Shown here piece after piece: positions 9,885 through 22,644 of a stretch of 64,000 nucleotides of DNA (the stretch's first letter is position 1; each line of letters opens with the position of its first letter). The notes beneath the pieces were generated by a model, which saw only the letters and a program-made list of their open reading frames with translations, was not told the origin of the DNA and did no database searches. This DNA is from an uncultured Francisellaceae bacterium (GTDB lineage Bacteria > Pseudomonadota > Gammaproteobacteria > Francisellales > CACEW01), in the NCBI GenBank assembly GCA_905612315.1, contig CAJQSL010000020.1, positions 2,341 to 66,340 on the forward strand, in the 5' to 3' direction. A program made the position numbers and the translations under genes.

Positions 9885-10574
9885 ATGGCTATGGGTACTA
9901 GATTTAAAGAGAACAAACTTAAAGTAACAAAATCAGTTTATGCTTTTGAAGAGGGTGTTAGGCTGGTTAAAGATTTGGCAAACGCTAAGTTTCCTGAGTC
10001 CCTAGAGGTTCATATTAATTTGGGCATAGAGTCTAAAAGATCTGATCAAAACGTTAGGGGTGCATGTAATCTTCCTCATGGAACTGGTAAAACGGTTAAA
10101 GTTGCTGTTTTCACACAAGGTGATAAAGCTGAAGAGGCAAGAGCTGCTGGTGCAGACTATGTCGGTTTTGAAGATTTGGCTGAGAAAGTTAAAAAAGGCG
10201 ATTTTGATGCTGATGTGGTAATCGCCTCGCCCGATGCTATGAGAGTGGTTGGTCAGTTGGGTCAGATATTAGGCCCCAAAGGGCTAATGCCAAATCCTAA
10301 AGTTGGCACTGTTACTCCAAACGTTGCTGAGGCGGTTAAAAATGCCAAGACTGGACAGGTAAGATTTAGAAATGATAAAGATGGTATTATTCATTGTGCT
10401 GTTGGTAAAGTAACATTTGATGTAAAGCACCTTTGTGAGAATATTGAAGCTTTAATTCTAGAGCTTAACAAGCTTAAGCCATCTAGTGCTAAGGGAGCTT
10501 TTATTGAAAAGATTTCTATATGTTCTACTATGGGTCCAGGAATAATGCTGGACCTTAGTACAGTAAGTGTGTAG
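9885..10574 (+). CDS. rplA: 50S ribosomal protein L1
   Basis: In frame with track ORF 9840..10574. I prefer the ATG at 9885 because GGAGGGGAG sits 5-13 nt upstream and the rplK stop is at 9881-9883. This gives 229 aa, a normal L1 length. Contains [14 protein letters not shown]. Confidence 0.93.
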   Translation: MAMGTRFKENKLKVTKSVYAFEEGVRLVKDLANAKFPESLEVHINLGIESKRSDQNVRGACNLPHGTGKTVKVAVFTQGDKAEEARAAGADYVGFEDLAEKVKKGDFDADVVIASPDAMRVVGQLGQILGPKGLMPNPKVGTVTPNVAEAVKNAKTGQVRFRNDKDGIIHCAVGKVTFDVKHLCENIEALILELNKLKPSSAKGAFIEKISICSTMGPGIMLDLSTVSV

Positions 10575-11004
10575 AATGTGGCACATTTTGAATGAATAGG
10601 TTTAAAAGATTTGATTGACATTGTTTTTTAAGGTTCAAAGTCTTTAAATAACAATGCATCGTCAAAGACCGTAGGTGCTTGAAAGAGCTTAATAAGTTTA
10701 TATTTTTTAATATTAATTGGCCTACGCAGATGGTGAAAGCTGTTTGATTTTATTTTGCCAAATTTTTTGGCTGGGTTTAGTTAAATTTGTTAACATTATC
10801 TAAAGCGGATTGTTGATAATTGTGCTTATTTAAGCATAAATTAGAGATAAAGATTGGATTTGGGATTGTTTGTTAGTCTGGTGTTTGTATTTGACTTGCT
10901 GGCTGTTTTTGGTTGATTTTTATCTTTAGTTTTCTGTTTAAGTGGTTATGGTTTTCAGTAATCTTTGTAAATATGTATTGAGCAATTAAAAAAGGAAACA
11001 ACTT
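10575..11004 (+). promoter_or_regulatory. Long untranslated rplJ leader (expected site of L10/L12 autoregulation)
   Basis: 430-nt non-coding gap between rplA and rplJ, matching the long regulatory leader known in other proteobacteria. No structure was modelled here. Confidence 0.4.
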
Positions 11005-11532
11005 ATGGCTATAACTCGTGAACAAAAAATCAAGATTGTTAACGAATTGAATGGGGTTGCTCAATCTGCTTTATCAGCTGTTACTGCAGATTACTGTGGT
11101 TTATCAGTTGCTCAGATGAACTCTTTGCGGGCGAAAGCTCGCGCTAAGAATGTTTATCTGCGTGTCGTACGAAATACTCTAGTTAAACGTGCTGTTGAAA
11201 ACACTGATTTTGTTTGTTTAACACAAACATTTTCAGGTCCTATCCTATTGGCTTTTTCGAAAGATGAGCCTGGTGCTGCAGCTAGATTGCTTCGTGATTT
11301 TAAAAAAGAAAATGACCAGCTTGAGGTTAAGTCACTTGCCATTTCAGGTGAGTTGCTTCCAGCGTCAGATCTTAATAAACTTGCGAAGATACCTACGTAT
11401 GACGAAGCAATTGCTACACTGATGAGTGTATTGAAAGCGCCTGTAACTCAGCTAGTGAGAACTATTCGTGAGCCTGGGGCTCAAATGGTTCGAGTCTTTG
11501 CTGCAGTTCGTGATGAAAAGAAGCAAACTTAA
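11005..11532 (+). CDS. rplJ: 50S ribosomal protein L10
   Basis: 175 aa. Starts MAITREQKIKIVNELNGVAQSALSAVTADYCGLSVAQMNSLRAKAR. Confidence 0.95.
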   Translation: MAITREQKIKIVNELNGVAQSALSAVTADYCGLSVAQMNSLRAKARAKNVYLRVVRNTLVKRAVENTDFVCLTQTFSGPILLAFSKDEPGAAARLLRDFKKENDQLEVKSLAISGELLPASDLNKLAKIPTYDEAIATLMSVLKAPVTQLVRTIREPGAQMVRVFAAVRDEKKQT

Positions 11533-11574
11533 TTTGTTTTTAAATATTTATATTTTAATTTAGGAGATAAAATA

Positions 11575-11958
11575 ATGGCAGATACAAAACAACAAGTCCT
11601 TGATCTTGTTTCAGATATGAGTGTTATGGATGTGTGTGAATTGGTTACGATGATGGAAGATAAATTTGGTGTTTCAGCTGCAGCTGCAGTTGCCGTAGCC
11701 CCAGCCGGCGATGGTGCTGATGGCGCTGGTGAGGCTGCTGCAGAGCAAACTGAATTTGATGTTGTGCTAACGGAAATTGGCGGCAACAAAATTGCAGTTA
11801 TTAAAGCAGTTAGAGCCATCACGGGTCTTGGTTTAAAAGAAGCTAAAGGTGCAGTTGATGGCGCGCCATCAACTATTAAGCAGGCAGTTGCTAAAGAAGA
11901 AGCTGAAGGCATGAAAAAACAGCTTGAAGAAGCAGGTGCAAAAGCAGAGCTTAAATAA
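11575..11958 (+). CDS. rplL: 50S ribosomal protein L7/L12
   Basis: 127 aa. Ala-rich hinge, then [27 protein letters not shown]. Confidence 0.97.
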   Translation: MADTKQQVLDLVSDMSVMDVCELVTMMEDKFGVSAAAAVAVAPAGDGADGAGEAAAEQTEFDVVLTEIGGNKIAVIKAVRAITGLGLKEAKGAVDGAPSTIKQAVAKEEAEGMKKQLEEAGAKAELK

Positions 11959-11981
11959 CTGGCTTTGTTATAAAAAATATT

Positions 11982-12030
11982 AGCAACAAGGAGAATTGTT
12001 AGTTCAATTTGCCTTGTTGCTTTGTTTGTA
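11982..12030 (+). terminator. Hairpin attenuator/terminator between rplL and rpoB
   Basis: 10-bp stem AGCAACAAGG (11982-11991) / CCTTGTTGCT (12012-12021), followed by a T-rich tract TTGTTTGTATTT. A partial terminator is known at this position in E. coli. Confidence 0.6.
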
Positions 12031-12087
12031 TTTGGTATAAATTGATATTAAGTATATTAAACTAGTGTTAATACTGAAGGGAATATT

Positions 12088-15000
12088 ATGGCAGAATTAC
12101 TTCCTCGTTTGAAAGACAAAACCAGATTAGAGTTTGGTCGTATGCATGACATGATGGACTTGCCTGATCTGTTAAAGATACAAAAAGATTCATATACTTT
12201 ATTTGCAAATCTTGATCAATTGTCTGGCTCTACTGATGATAAAGATTTTCCAAAAAATGGTTTAGAAGCTGTTTTTTCATCTGTGTTTCCCATAACCAGT
12301 GCATCAGGAAGCGCGCAATTGCAATATGTTTCTTATCAGTTGATTCCGCCGGTGTTTGATATAAACGAGTGTAGGGTACGAGGGATTACTTATTCGGCCA
12401 CCTTAAGATCTAGGATTAGGTTGGTTGTTTATGATAAGACTGATAAAGCTGATAAAGCTGCTGGCACAGATAAAACTGTAAAGGATATTAAAGAGCAGGA
12501 TGTTTATCTTGGTGAGATTCCTTTAATGACAGAGCATGGTTCTTTTGTTATTAATGGTACTCAAAGAGTTGTGGTGTCTCAGTTGCACCGTTCTCCTGGG
12601 GTGTTTTTCGATGATGATAAGGGTAAAACTCATTCTTCTGGAAAACTGCTTTATAAAGCTGGAATTATTCCTGATAGAGGCTCATGGTTAGATTTTGAGT
12701 TTGATGTGAAAGATATCATGTATGCTCGAATTGATAGAAGAAGAAAGCTTCATATCACTATTATTTTGAAGGCGTTAGGTTTAAGTTCTGCTGAAATTTT
12801 AAAAGAGTATTTTGATTTTGCTAAAATTAAGCTTGGCAAAGGCGGTTTTATATACAAGTGTGACTTAGATATGTTGATGGGAACATCTTTTTATTTTGAA
12901 ATTAAAGATTCTTCCGGGAAAGTTGTTATTGAGGCAGGAAGGCGGATTAATAAAAGAAATCTAAAGCAGATAAAGCAAGCCGGTATAAAAGAAATTGTGA
13001 TAGATGATGAGTTTTTATTAAATAAAGTTACTGCAGAAGATATCTTAGACCCAGAAAGTAAAGACAAGAGTGGAAAGGGTGATAAGAAAGTATTGTTTGC
13101 TGCTAATACAGAGATCACGCAGGAAGTATTGGATGCGCTTAAAGAAAAGAAAATATCGGTATTTAATATCCTAATCACTAACGAATTAGATAAAGGTTCT
13201 TATATTTCAGATACTTTAAGATTAGATAGCGCTCTTTCAAAAATGGAAGCCTTAATAGAGATCTACAGGATGATGCGTCCAGGTGAGCCGCCAACTGAGG
13301 AATCAGCTGAGACTATGTTTGAAGGTTTGTTTTTTAAATCCGATAAATATGATTTGTCTGCTGTTGGACGAATGAAATTAAATAGACGTCTTAGATATAC
13401 AGATGATGTTAAAGATTTAGTCTTAAGAAAAGAAGATATTCTTAATGTAATTAGAGAGTTAGTTAGTATAAGAAATGGTTATGGTGATGTTGATGATATC
13501 GATAACTTAGGCAACAGGCGTGTTCGTTGTGTTGGCGAAATGGTTGAGAAACAATTTAGAATGGGATTGTTTAGAGTTGAGAGGTCAGCGAAAGAGCGTT
13601 TGAGTTTGGTTGATCGCGAGCCTTTGATGCCGCAAGACTTATTAAATGCAAAACCAATTACAGCTACTTTGAAAGAGTTCTTCGGCTCTAGTCAGTTGTC
13701 ACAGTTTATGGATCAAAATAACCCATTATCCGAAGTTACTCATAAGCGTAGAGTATCTGCATTAGGTCCTGGTGGCTTAACTAGGGAGCGGGCTAGTTTT
13801 GAAGTCCGAGATGTGCACCCTACCCACTATGGTCGAGTGTGTCCTATTGAGACTCCTGAGGGGCCAAATATTGGTTTGATTAACTCGTTAGCAAGTTTTG
13901 CTAGAGTTAATAGTTATGGATTTTTAGAAGCGCCTTATCGTAAGGTTGAAAATGGAGTTGCGACTGATCAAATCCATTATCTTTCAGCTATGGAAGAGGC
14001 TGAGTACGTTATTGCGCAAGCAAGTGCCAAGTTGGATAAAAACAATAAGCTTATTGATAAACTTATTCCTTCTCGTGCAAAAAGTGAAACAATTTATGTA
14101 GGGTCTAAGAGTGTAGATTATATGGATATTTCTGCAAGACAGATGGTTTCTATTGCTGCATCTTTAGTGCCATTTTTGGAGCATGATGATGCAAACCGTG
14201 CTTTGATGGGGGCTAATATGCAACGCCAAGCTGTTCCTGTTGTACGCTCTGATCGTCCACTAGTTGGTACTGGTATTGAAAAAATAGTTGCCAGAGACTC
14301 AGGGACTTGTGTTGTTGCAAAACACGATGGCGTAGTTGAAGCAGTTGATGCTACTCGCATAATTTTACGTGTGGATAGCAAAAGTGTACCCAAGACTAAA
14401 GGTGGGGAGCAACCTGTATCAATTGATACTTATACCCTAGAAAAATTTGCTAGATCTAATCACACTACTTGCTTAAATCAAAAGCCTATTGTGTCAAAGG
14501 GAGATAAAGTGCGCAAAGGCGATGTGTTAGCTGATGGCTCCAGTTCAGATAGAGGTGAGTTGGCTTTAGGTCAGAACTTATTGGTAGCCTTTATGCCATG
14601 GCGTGGGCAAAACTTTGAGGATTCAATTTTAATTTCAGAGAGAGTTGTGCAGGAAGATAGATTTACCTCTATGCATATAGAAGAGTTTACCTGCGTTGCT
14701 AGAGATACAAAGCTTGGGCCTGAAGAAATTACAGCAGATATTCCAAATGTTAGTGAGAGTGCACTATCTAAGCTTGATGAGTCAGGAATTGTTTATTTGG
14801 GTGCTCAGGTATCGGAATCAGATATATTGGTTGCCAAAATTACTCCCAAGGGTGAGACGCAGCTTTCACCGGAAGAAAAACTTCTTCGTGCTATTTTTGG
14901 TGAAAAAGCATCGGATGTTAAAGATAGCTCTTTACGTATGCCATCGAGCATGAGCGGAACTGTTATCGATGTTCATGTGTTCTCTCGCGATGGTTCGGAA

Positions 15001-16242
15001 AGAGATGAAAGATCCGTACAGATTAAAACAGACCAAATAGAAAGATACAAAAATAATTTGGATGATGAGCTTAATATTTATAAAAATGTGTTACTTGGCA
15101 AGTTATCTAAGGGGCTTTGTTCTTGTAAAATTGCCAAGAAAGTAGGTAACTATGATAAAGGTGAGCCTATTACTGTTGAGCTTTTAGAAAAATTAGCTGT
15201 TAAGTATATGTTAGATTTAACAGTTAGTGATAAAAAAGTAATGGATGAGTTAAAAACATTACAGCTTCAGCTCAAAGATTATGAGCAGGATTGTCAAAAC
15301 AGATACCAGTATTATCATGACAAAATGATGAAAGGCGATGATTTATCACCTGGAGTAATTAAGATTGTTAAAGTATCTGTTGCGGTTAAGCGTAGGTTGC
15401 AACCGGGTGACAAGATGGCGGGACGACATGGTAATAAAGGTGTTATCTCTAGAGTTATGCCTGTTGAGGATATGCCTTATATGGCAGATGGAACCACTGC
15501 AGATGTTGTTCTTAATCCATTGGGCGTGCCTTCTCGTATGAATGTGGGGCAGATTTTAGAAACTCATTTAGGGTGGGCTGCTAAAGGTTTAGGTGCGAAA
15601 GTTTCTCAAATGTTAGATGCTTCTGTAAAATCTGCAGATTTAAGATCAATGCTCGATGCTATTTATAATAAGCATATGGATAAAAAAGTTGATTTTGCAG
15701 CATATTCAGATAAAGAGGTCGCATCTTTTGCTGAAGGTATTCGTGACGGTGTTCCAATTGCGACTCCAGTTTTTGATGGGGCTCGTGAGTCTCAAATTAA
15801 AGAGTTATTGAAGTTAGCTGATTTGTCAGAGTCTGGTCAAGTGACTTTGTACGATGGTCGTACAGGAGAAGTGTTTCAAAGACCAGTTACCGTGGGTTAT
15901 ATGTACATGTTGAAATTGAACCACCTTGTTGATGATAAAATGCATGCTAGATCAACTGGCTCTTATAGTTTAGTTACGCAGCAGCCATTGGGAGGTAAGG
16001 CCCAATTTGGTGGACAGCGTTTTGGTGAGATGGAAGTCTGGGCTCTAGAGGCATATGGTGCCGCATATACATTGCAAGAGGTTCTTACCGTGAAGTCGGA
16101 TGATATTCAAGGTAGAACACGCATGTATAAGAATATTGTTGATGGTGATTTTCGTATGGAGGCTAATATTCCAGAATCCTTTAAAGTATTGATGAAAGAA
16201 ATTCAGGCTTTGGGTATTAATATTGAACTTGAAAATGACTAA
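12088..16242 (+). CDS. rpoB: DNA-directed RNA polymerase beta subunit
   Basis: 1384 aa. Contains [30 protein letters not shown] (rifampicin region) and the conserved C-terminus. Confidence 0.99.
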   Translation: MAELLPRLKDKTRLEFGRMHDMMDLPDLLKIQKDSYTLFANLDQLSGSTDDKDFPKNGLEAVFSSVFPITSASGSAQLQYVSYQLIPPVFDINECRVRGITYSATLRSRIRLVVYDKTDKADKAAGTDKTVKDIKEQDVYLGEIPLMTEHGSFVINGTQRVVVSQLHRSPGVFFDDDKGKTHSSGKLLYKAGIIPDRGSWLDFEFDVKDIMYARIDRRRKLHITIILKALGLSSAEILKEYFDFAKIKLGKGGFIYKCDLDMLMGTSFYFEIKDSSGKVVIEAGRRINKRNLKQIKQAGIKEIVIDDEFLLNKVTAEDILDPESKDKSGKGDKKVLFAANTEITQEVLDALKEKKISVFNILITNELDKGSYISDTLRLDSALSKMEALIEIYRMMRPGEPPTEESAETMFEGLFFKSDKYDLSAVGRMKLNRRLRYTDDVKDLVLRKEDILNVIRELVSIRNGYGDVDDIDNLGNRRVRCVGEMVEKQFRMGLFRVERSAKERLSLVDREPLMPQDLLNAKPITATLKEFFGSSQLSQFMDQNNPLSEVTHKRRVSALGPGGLTRERASFEVRDVHPTHYGRVCPIETPEGPNIGLINSLASFARVNSYGFLEAPYRKVENGVATDQIHYLSAMEEAEYVIAQASAKLDKNNKLIDKLIPSRAKSETIYVGSKSVDYMDISARQMVSIAASLVPFLEHDDANRALMGANMQRQAVPVVRSDRPLVGTGIEKIVARDSGTCVVAKHDGVVEAVDATRIILRVDSKSVPKTKGGEQPVSIDTYTLEKFARSNHTTCLNQKPIVSKGDKVRKGDVLADGSSSDRGELALGQNLLVAFMPWRGQNFEDSILISERVVQEDRFTSMHIEEFTCVARDTKLGPEEITADIPNVSESALSKLDESGIVYLGAQVSESDILVAKITPKGETQLSPEEKLLRAIFGEKASDVKDSSLRMPSSMSGTVIDVHVFSRDGSERDERSVQIKTDQIERYKNNLDDELNIYKNVLLGKLSKGLCSCKIAKKVGNYDKGEPITVELLEKLAVKYMLDLTVSDKKVMDELKTLQLQLKDYEQDCQNRYQYYHDKMMKGDDLSPGVIKIVKVSVAVKRRLQPGDKMAGRHGNKGVISRVMPVEDMPYMADGTTADVVLNPLGVPSRMNVGQILETHLGWAAKGLGAKVSQMLDASVKSADLRSMLDAIYNKHMDKKVDFAAYSDKEVASFAEGIRDGVPIATPVFDGARESQIKELLKLADLSESGQVTLYDGRTGEVFQRPVTVGYMYMLKLNHLVDDKMHARSTGSYSLVTQQPLGGKAQFGGQRFGEMEVWALEAYGAAYTLQEVLTVKSDDIQGRTRMYKNIVDGDFRMEANIPESFKVLMKEIQALGINIELEND

Positions 16243-16248
16243 ATACTT

Positions 16249-16281
16249 TTAGTTTTGTTTTTAGTTTTGTTTTTAGTTTTG
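16249..16281. repeat. Short tandem repeat (TTAGTTTTGTTT x 2.75) in the rpoB-rpoC spacer
   Basis: Read directly: ttagttttgttt ttagttttgttt ttagttttg. Confidence 0.9.
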
Positions 16282-16309
16282 GGTAGATTTTTTAGATAGG
16301 AGAAATCAG

Positions 16310-19300
16310 TTGAAAGACTTATTACAGGTTATTAGACGCACTGCTAAACATGGTTTTGATCGAATTAAAATTGGGCTTGCAAGTCCAGACTTAATTCGTA
16401 GCTGGTCTCATGGTGAAGTTAGGAAGCCTGAGACAGTAAACTATCGTACATTAAGGCCAGAGCGTGATGGTTTATTTTGTGCTAAAACTTTTGGACCTAT
16501 TAAAGATTTCGAATGCTTGTGTGGAAAATATAAACGCCTTAAGCACAGGGGCGTTATTTGTGAAAAATGTGGAGTAGAGGTTACTGAAACGAAAGTTAGA
16601 CGTACAAGAATGGGGCATATCGATCTTGCTTCTCCGGTTGCGCATATTTGGTTTTTAAAGTCTTTACCTTCTCGTATTGGTTTAATGTTGAATATGACTT
16701 TGCGTGATATTGAGAGGGTGCTTTATTTTGAATCTTATGTGGTTACAGATCCCGGTATGACGCCTTTGAGTCGTGGCCAGCTTTTTAGGGAAGAAGACTA
16801 CCTGGATGCCCTAGAGCAATATGGAGATGATTTTGAAGCCCAAATGGGTGCTGAAGCCATTAAGAAATTATTGGAGTCGGTTGAGTTGCAGTCTGAGATT
16901 GATAACATTCGCGAAGAGCTGCCAGTTACGACATCTGAAGCCAAATCTAAAAAATTATCTAAAAGGTTAAAATTATTAGAGTCTTTTAAAGATTCTGGCA
17001 ATAAACCAGGGTGGATGATTATTACAGTGTTGCCTGTATTACCACCTGATTTAAGACCGTTAGTTCCATTAGATGGCGGAAGGTTTGCAACTAGTGATTT
17101 AAATGATTTATACAGAAGAGTTATTAACAGAAATAATAGGCTTAAAAGATTACTTGAGTTAAATGCTCCTGATATTATCGTAAGAAATGAAAAACGAATG
17201 TTGCAAGAAGCAGTAGATGCTTTACTAGATAATGGTAGACGCGGAAGAGTTGTAACTGGCACAAATAAGCGTCCATTGAAATCTCTTGCCGATATGATTA
17301 AAGGTAAACAAGGGCGTTTTCGTCAGAATTTATTAGGTAAGCGAGTAGATTATTCTGGTAGGTCGGTAATTACAGTTGGCCCATCTTTGAAATTACACCA
17401 GTGTGGCTTGCCCAAGAAAATGGCATTAGAATTATTTAAGCCATTTATTTTTAGTAAGCTTGAGTTTGCAGGACATGCAACCACTATTAAGGCTGCCAAG
17501 AAGATGGTTGAGCGTGAAGAGTTAGTTGTATGGGATATTTTAGATGAAGTGATTCGTGAGCATCCTGTCTTATTAAACCGTGCGCCAACTTTGCACCGAC
17601 TTGGTATTCAGGCATTTGAGCCTGTTTTAATTGAGGGTAAAGCTATTCAGTTGCATCCTTTGGTTTGTGTGGCTTATAACGCTGACTTTGATGGAGACCA
17701 AATGGCGGTACACGTACCATTGACTATTGAGGCCCAGCTAGAAGCAAGGGCTTTAATGATGTCAACAAATAATATTTTACATCCAGCAAATGGTGAGCCG
17801 GTTATTTGTCCAACGCAGGATATAGTCCTTGGTCTATATTATATGTCACGAGAGCGTCTAGGAGAAAAGGGTGAAGGCAGCTATTTTGCAGATGTTAATG
17901 AGGTTGATAGAGCTTATTTGCAGGGTGTGGTTTCTTTACAAACCAAGATTAAAGTTAGGATTACAGAAAAGATTTATGATGCTTCAGGTAATTTACATGA
18001 AAAAACTGATTTAGTTGATACAACTATTGGTAGGGCCTTATTATCTAGAATTTTGCCAGAAGGAATGCCTTTTAGTCTTATAAATAAAGTTATGACTAAA
18101 AAAGTTTTAGCGCAAGTTATTGATTATTGTTATCGCCAGTTGGGTATCAAAGCCACTTGTATTTTTGCAGATCAACTTATGTATACGGGTTTTGAGTACT
18201 CTACACAATCTGGCATTTCAATTGGTATTAATGACTTGATTATTCCTGATGCTAAAAAAGGTATTATAGCTAAAGCTGAGTCTGAGATAACAGAAATTGC
18301 AGAGCAGTTTGCATCTGGTTTAGTAACAGAGGGTGAACGTTATAATAAAGCGATTGATATTTGGTCTCGAGCTAATGATCAAATTTCACAAGCGATGATG
18401 AAGGCAATTTCAGAAGAAGAAGTTGAACTACCAGATGGTAAAAAAGTTAAGCAAGAGTCATTTAATGCTGTTCACATGATGGCAGATTCTGGTGCTAGGG
18501 GTTCAGCAGCACAAATAAGACAGTTAGCTGGTATGCGTGGTTTGATGGCAAAGCCAGATGGTAGTATTATTGAGACCCCTATTATTGCTAATTTCCGTGA
18601 AGGCTTAAATGTACTTCAGTATTTTATTTCAACGCATGGTGCGCGTAAAGGTCTCGCTGATACAGCTCTTAAAACTGCTAACTCAGGTTACTTGACTAGA
18701 AGATTAGTCGATGTTTCGCAAGATATGGTAATTATCGAAGAAGATTGTGGTACGTCAGAATGCTTGCAAGTTCGTTCTGTTATTGAAGGCGGCGATGTAG
18801 TAGTTACTCTTAAAGAACGTATTTTAGGTAGGGTATTGGCTAAAGATGTACTTAGGCCAAATACCAGAGGTGAAGTCATTGCGCCAGCTGGGACCTTACT
18901 GGATGAGACTTGGGTTGAAACTTTAGATCAAGAAAGTATCGATGAAGTTTTTGTGCGATCAGCTATTACTTGTGATACAAAGCGTGGAGTTTGTTCTAAG
19001 TGTTATGGTCGAGATTTGGCTAGAGGACATCTAGTAAACCGAGGTGAGGCGGTTGGTGTTATTGCTGCACAGTCAATTGGTGAGCCTGGTACGCAGTTAA
19101 CCATGAGAACGTTCCATATTGGTGGTGCTGCATCGAGGGCAACAACTGAGAATAATGTTTCTGTTAAAACAAAAGGTGTTATTAAATTAGATAACATGAA
19201 AACTGTTTTAAACAGCAAGAAGAAGTTAGTGGTGGTTTCTAGATCCGCTGAGATGGCAGTTTCTGATGAGTTTGGTCGTGAAAGAGAGCGTTATAAAGTT

Positions 19301-20602
19301 CCTTATGGGGCAGAGCTTCCAGTTTCAGATGGAGCTGAAGTTAATCCAGGGGATATAGTTGCTAATTGGGATCCGCATACCCAGCCAATTATTACTGAAG
19401 TAAGTGGTAGGGTTAAATATATAGACTTAGTTGAGGGTGTAAGTATACATGTTCAAACTGATGAACTAACTGGTTTGAGTAGTAAAGTAGTTACGCATGT
19501 TGCGCAAACTCGTAAGAAAAAGGATGCACTTAAGCCTATGATTAAGCTTGTCGATGACAAAGGTAAGGATGTTTATTTCTCAAACAGTAAGGTTCCAGCA
19601 GCTTACTTTTTGCCAGCAAATGCTATTATAGCTATTGATGATGGTCAAAAAGTATCAGTTGGTGATTTTATTGCTAGAGTTCCTCTTGAAGGATCAAAGA
19701 CAAAAGATATTACAGGTGGCTTGCCTAGGGTTGCTGATTTATTCGAAGCTCGTAAGCCTAAAGAGCATGCGATTATGGCTGAAATTTCAGGCATGGTTAG
19801 CTTTGGTAAAGAGACTAAGGGTAAACGACGTTTAGTATTAACACCCACTGATGGCGAAGCTGTTGAGACCATGATTCCTAAATGGCGTCATATAAACGTA
19901 TTTGAAGGTGAGCAAGTTCAACAGGGTGATATTGTCTCCGATGGTCCGATGAACCCGCATGATATTTTGAGACTAAAAAGTGTTAGCGCATTAGCTAATT
20001 ATTTAGTTAATGAGATTCAAGAGGTTTATAGACTTCAAGGTGTTAGAATTAATGATAAACATATTGAAGTTATTATTCGTCAGATGATTCGTAAGATTGA
20101 AGTTCAAAATCCTGGAGACAGCGAAGTATTAATCAAAGGTGAAATGGTGGAAAGAGCTCAGTTTTTTGGTGAAGTAGCGCGTTTAAAAGCTGAGAAGAAA
20201 GTTGAGCCTTTGGGTATTCCAATTCTATTAGGTATAACAAAAGCATCATTGTCTACTGACTCATTTATTTCAGCTGCATCTTTCCAAGAAACTACTCGAG
20301 TATTAACTGAGGCAGCGGTATCTGGTAAGACTGATGGTATGTTTGGTTTGAAAGAAAATGTTACAGTTGGTAGATTAATACCAGCAGGAACAGGCTTAGC
20401 TTACCATGATCTTCGTAAGGGTAGTGAAGCAAGTGCGGCCGCTGAATCTATGGGGCCAACAGCAGCAGAAGTTGAAAGCGCACTAAGTGAGGCTTTGAGT
20501 AAGCAGATGGGTGATGAGCCTGAGGTTGCTGAAGAGGCTTCAAAAGATGAGCCCGTGAAAGTTGAGCCCTCTTCCGATGATAATAAAGCTAAAGAAGACT
20601 AA
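16310..20602 (+). CDS. rpoC: DNA-directed RNA polymerase beta-prime subunit (acidic C-terminal tail)
   Basis: 1430 aa. TTG start preceded by AGGAG. Contains the catalytic motif NADFDGDQM. Confidence 0.99.
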   Translation: MKDLLQVIRRTAKHGFDRIKIGLASPDLIRSWSHGEVRKPETVNYRTLRPERDGLFCAKTFGPIKDFECLCGKYKRLKHRGVICEKCGVEVTETKVRRTRMGHIDLASPVAHIWFLKSLPSRIGLMLNMTLRDIERVLYFESYVVTDPGMTPLSRGQLFREEDYLDALEQYGDDFEAQMGAEAIKKLLESVELQSEIDNIREELPVTTSEAKSKKLSKRLKLLESFKDSGNKPGWMIITVLPVLPPDLRPLVPLDGGRFATSDLNDLYRRVINRNNRLKRLLELNAPDIIVRNEKRMLQEAVDALLDNGRRGRVVTGTNKRPLKSLADMIKGKQGRFRQNLLGKRVDYSGRSVITVGPSLKLHQCGLPKKMALELFKPFIFSKLEFAGHATTIKAAKKMVEREELVVWDILDEVIREHPVLLNRAPTLHRLGIQAFEPVLIEGKAIQLHPLVCVAYNADFDGDQMAVHVPLTIEAQLEARALMMSTNNILHPANGEPVICPTQDIVLGLYYMSRERLGEKGEGSYFADVNEVDRAYLQGVVSLQTKIKVRITEKIYDASGNLHEKTDLVDTTIGRALLSRILPEGMPFSLINKVMTKKVLAQVIDYCYRQLGIKATCIFADQLMYTGFEYSTQSGISIGINDLIIPDAKKGIIAKAESEITEIAEQFASGLVTEGERYNKAIDIWSRANDQISQAMMKAISEEEVELPDGKKVKQESFNAVHMMADSGARGSAAQIRQLAGMRGLMAKPDGSIIETPIIANFREGLNVLQYFISTHGARKGLADTALKTANSGYLTRRLVDVSQDMVIIEEDCGTSECLQVRSVIEGGDVVVTLKERILGRVLAKDVLRPNTRGEVIAPAGTLLDETWVETLDQESIDEVFVRSAITCDTKRGVCSKCYGRDLARGHLVNRGEAVGVIAAQSIGEPGTQLTMRTFHIGGAASRATTENNVSVKTKGVIKLDNMKTVLNSKKKLVVVSRSAEMAVSDEFGRERERYKVPYGAELPVSDGAEVNPGDIVANWDPHTQPIITEVSGRVKYIDLVEGVSIHVQTDELTGLSSKVVTHVAQTRKKKDALKPMIKLVDDKGKDVYFSNSKVPAAYFLPANAIIAIDDGQKVSVGDFIARVPLEGSKTKDITGGLPRVADLFEARKPKEHAIMAEISGMVSFGKETKGKRRLVLTPTDGEAVETMIPKWRHINVFEGEQVQQGDIVSDGPMNPHDILRLKSVSALANYLVNEIQEVYRLQGVRINDKHIEVIIRQMIRKIEVQNPGDSEVLIKGEMVERAQFFGEVARLKAEKKVEPLGIPILLGITKASLSTDSFISAASFQETTRVLTEAAVSGKTDGMFGLKENVTVGRLIPAGTGLAYHDLRKGSEASAAAESMGPTAAEVESALSEALSKQMGDEPEVAEEASKDEPVKVEPSSDDNKAKED

Positions 20603-20648
20603 AGATTTTATCTAAATTGTTTTTTTGCTTAATATTTAATTAATAATT

Positions 20649-20690
20649 AAAGCCGATATTTTTTATGAGATATCGGCTTTTCTATTCTTC
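20649..20690 (+). terminator. Rho-independent terminator after rpoC
   Basis: Stem AAAGCCGATA (20649-20658) / TATCGGCTTT (20671-20680), followed by a T-rich tail. Confidence 0.6.
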
Positions 20691-20889
20691 TGGGAGCTAC
20701 GTTAAAAATATTCTAAAATCACAATAGGCATTTAGTTTATAAAAAATATCTTTAAAAATAATAGAGTTAACCCCTATCTCTTTGGGCTAAGGTTGGGGTG
20801 GGTGGATCCAAACTGCTATTGTTTTTATTTAAACTAGCATTTATCTAGAAATAAATTAAAATAAGACTACATAATTTTAATGATTTTTT

Positions 20890-21598
20890 TTGGGAGTGCT
20901 GTTGTCAACAGATGATATTGGTTATTCTGATGCTGTCGATGTCTCGAGTTCTTTTGCAGATGATAGCTCAAATTATGAATGTGAGAATTACTTTTCTAAT
21001 TATAATAACCCTAGATATTATAAACTTGTAAAATTTTTTGAAGATTATGTTGCTTCAGCTTTGATTTTAATATTAGTTGCTCCGTTGATGTTATTAATAG
21101 CCATATTAATAAAGCTTACATCTAAGGGGCCTGTTTTTTATAGACAAACTAGAGTGACAATAGCTGGAAAAACTTTTTTAATGCTAAAATTTAGGTCGAT
21201 GCCTGTTAATATAGAAAATAAATCAGGAGCTGTATGGTCGCAAAAATCTGATGATCGAGCTACTATTATTGGAAAGGTTTTAAGAAGAACCAGTTTAGAT
21301 GAGTTGCCTCAGTTTATTAATGTTCTTAAAGGGGAGATGTCTTTAATAGGTCCGAGGCCGGAGAGACCGGTTTTTGTAAAAAAATTTAAAAGTGAGATAA
21401 ATGGTTATTCTGACAGGCATGCAGTAAAAAACAGGAATTACTGGTTGGGCTCAGGTCCAGGGCTGGCGTGGAAGTACTGATCTACAGTCTCGAATAAATT
21501 GTGACTTATACTATATAAGAAACTGGTCTCCAATTTTAGATGTAAAAATAATAATAATTACTTTCTTAAAAGGGTTTATTCACAAAAATGCATACTAA
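20890..21598 (+). pseudogene. Initiating phosphoglycosyl transferase (bacterial sugar transferase, PglC/WbaP C-terminal type), interrupted by a +1 frameshift in an A6 run
   Basis: The track ORF (196 aa) has LKFRSM, DELPQFINVLKGEMSLIGPRPERP and RHAVK, then goes out of frame. Reading one nucleotide later from 21431 gives TGITGWAQVQGWRGSTDLQSRINCDLYYIRNWSPILDVKIIIITFLKGFIHKNAY, with a stop at 21596-21598. That is the canonical C-terminus of this family. Confidence 0.8.
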
Positions 21599-21801
21599 GT
21601 ATTTGTTTTTTTATATATTCAAGTAAAGTAGCATAATTGAAGTTTAAGGTTGACCAATTAGCCGAGGTGCCCAAATAATTTATTTAGATCTTGTTTCAAT
21701 TGTTTCTTTATGTTAGCTTAGGCTTTGCATCTTATTGCTGTTTATTGTCGCGGCCTTGTCGATGATATTACTATAAAACTAATACTTATTGGGAGAGGTA
21801 A

Positions 21802-22644
21802 TTGGCAAACTCAAATCAAGTTAGTTCCGGGCATAAATCAAATACAAACTTTTTCACATTAACAGACTTGTTTAGTGCTCTTATCAGAAGGAAGTTTTTG
21901 TTCCTATGTGTTTTTGTGGTTTTTCTTGTGCTTTCTTTTGTGATAATAATTTTGTCTCCTAGACGTGCCATTTATTTTGCTGTATATACACCAACTAAGG
22001 TATTAGGTCTCGATAGTAAAACGTATCCTATGGCAAGTTTTTTGCAAACTAAAATGAATGCTTTTGTACCTAGAGATAGCAAGTCGGGTGTTTTAAGAAT
22101 AGAGAAGACAGCCATTAACTATAATGTGAATAATAATAATCTAATACTAGAAATTACTGACAGGCAAGATAATAAAGCTAAGGTTAGTAAACTTGTAAAT
22201 GAGGTTGTTTTTAGCTATTTCAATCAATATGAAAAAGAAAAAATTGCTGATATAATTCGTGAGTCAAAGTTTGGAATTATGCAATTAGAGCATCAGTCTA
22301 AAGAAATTAAAGACATTGAAGATGGGTATTTGTCAAGACCGGAAAAAGAAGAGGTTATTATGTTAAAGGGTAGTGACTCGTTATATATGCGAGATCTGGC
22401 TATTCAAGATAAACTTATAGTAAAATTGAATGAAAGTCTTGCTAAAATATCTGACTTAAAAAATGTTATATCCCAAAAGCCCATTGCTTCTAGTTTAGTT
22501 ATAAAGTCTTTTGTAAGTAGGTTTCATTTGTTCTTAAAATTAATTGTTGGTTTTTTGCTAAGCTTTTCACTGGCATTTTTTGTGGTTATATGTCTTGATA
22601 GGTTCTTCGCAGATCCAACACTAAGCAGATCCAACACTAAATGA
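21802..22644 (+). CDS. Wzz-like polysaccharide co-polymerase / chain-length determinant (by topology)
   Basis: 280 aa. TTG start after GGGAGAGG. One TM near each end and a charged, coiled-coil-like periplasmic middle. The call rests on topology and context only. Confidence 0.45.
   Translation: MANSNQVSSGHKSNTNFFTLTDLFSALIRRKFLFLCVFVVFLVLSFVIIILSPRRAIYFAVYTPTKVLGLDSKTYPMASFLQTKMNAFVPRDSKSGVLRIEKTAINYNVNNNNLILEITDRQDNKAKVSKLVNEVVFSYFNQYEKEKIADIIRESKFGIMQLEHQSKEIKDIEDGYLSRPEKEEVIMLKGSDSLYMRDLAIQDKLIVKLNESLAKISDLKNVISQKPIASSLVIKSFVSRFHLFLKLIVGFLLSFSLAFFVVICLDRFFADPTLSRSNTK

Noticed and set aside
10873-11064. 63-aa minus-strand ORF in the rplJ leader
   Set aside because: It overlaps the rplJ start on the opposite strand, shows no recognisable features, and lies in a region expected to be a structured leader.
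21421-21435. Programmed -1 ribosomal frameshifting at A AAA AAC in the phosphoglycosyl transferase gene
   Set aside because: The conserved downstream sequence is in the +1 frame (equivalent to deleting one A), not the -1 frame. The -1 frame gives an unrelated peptide that terminates quickly.
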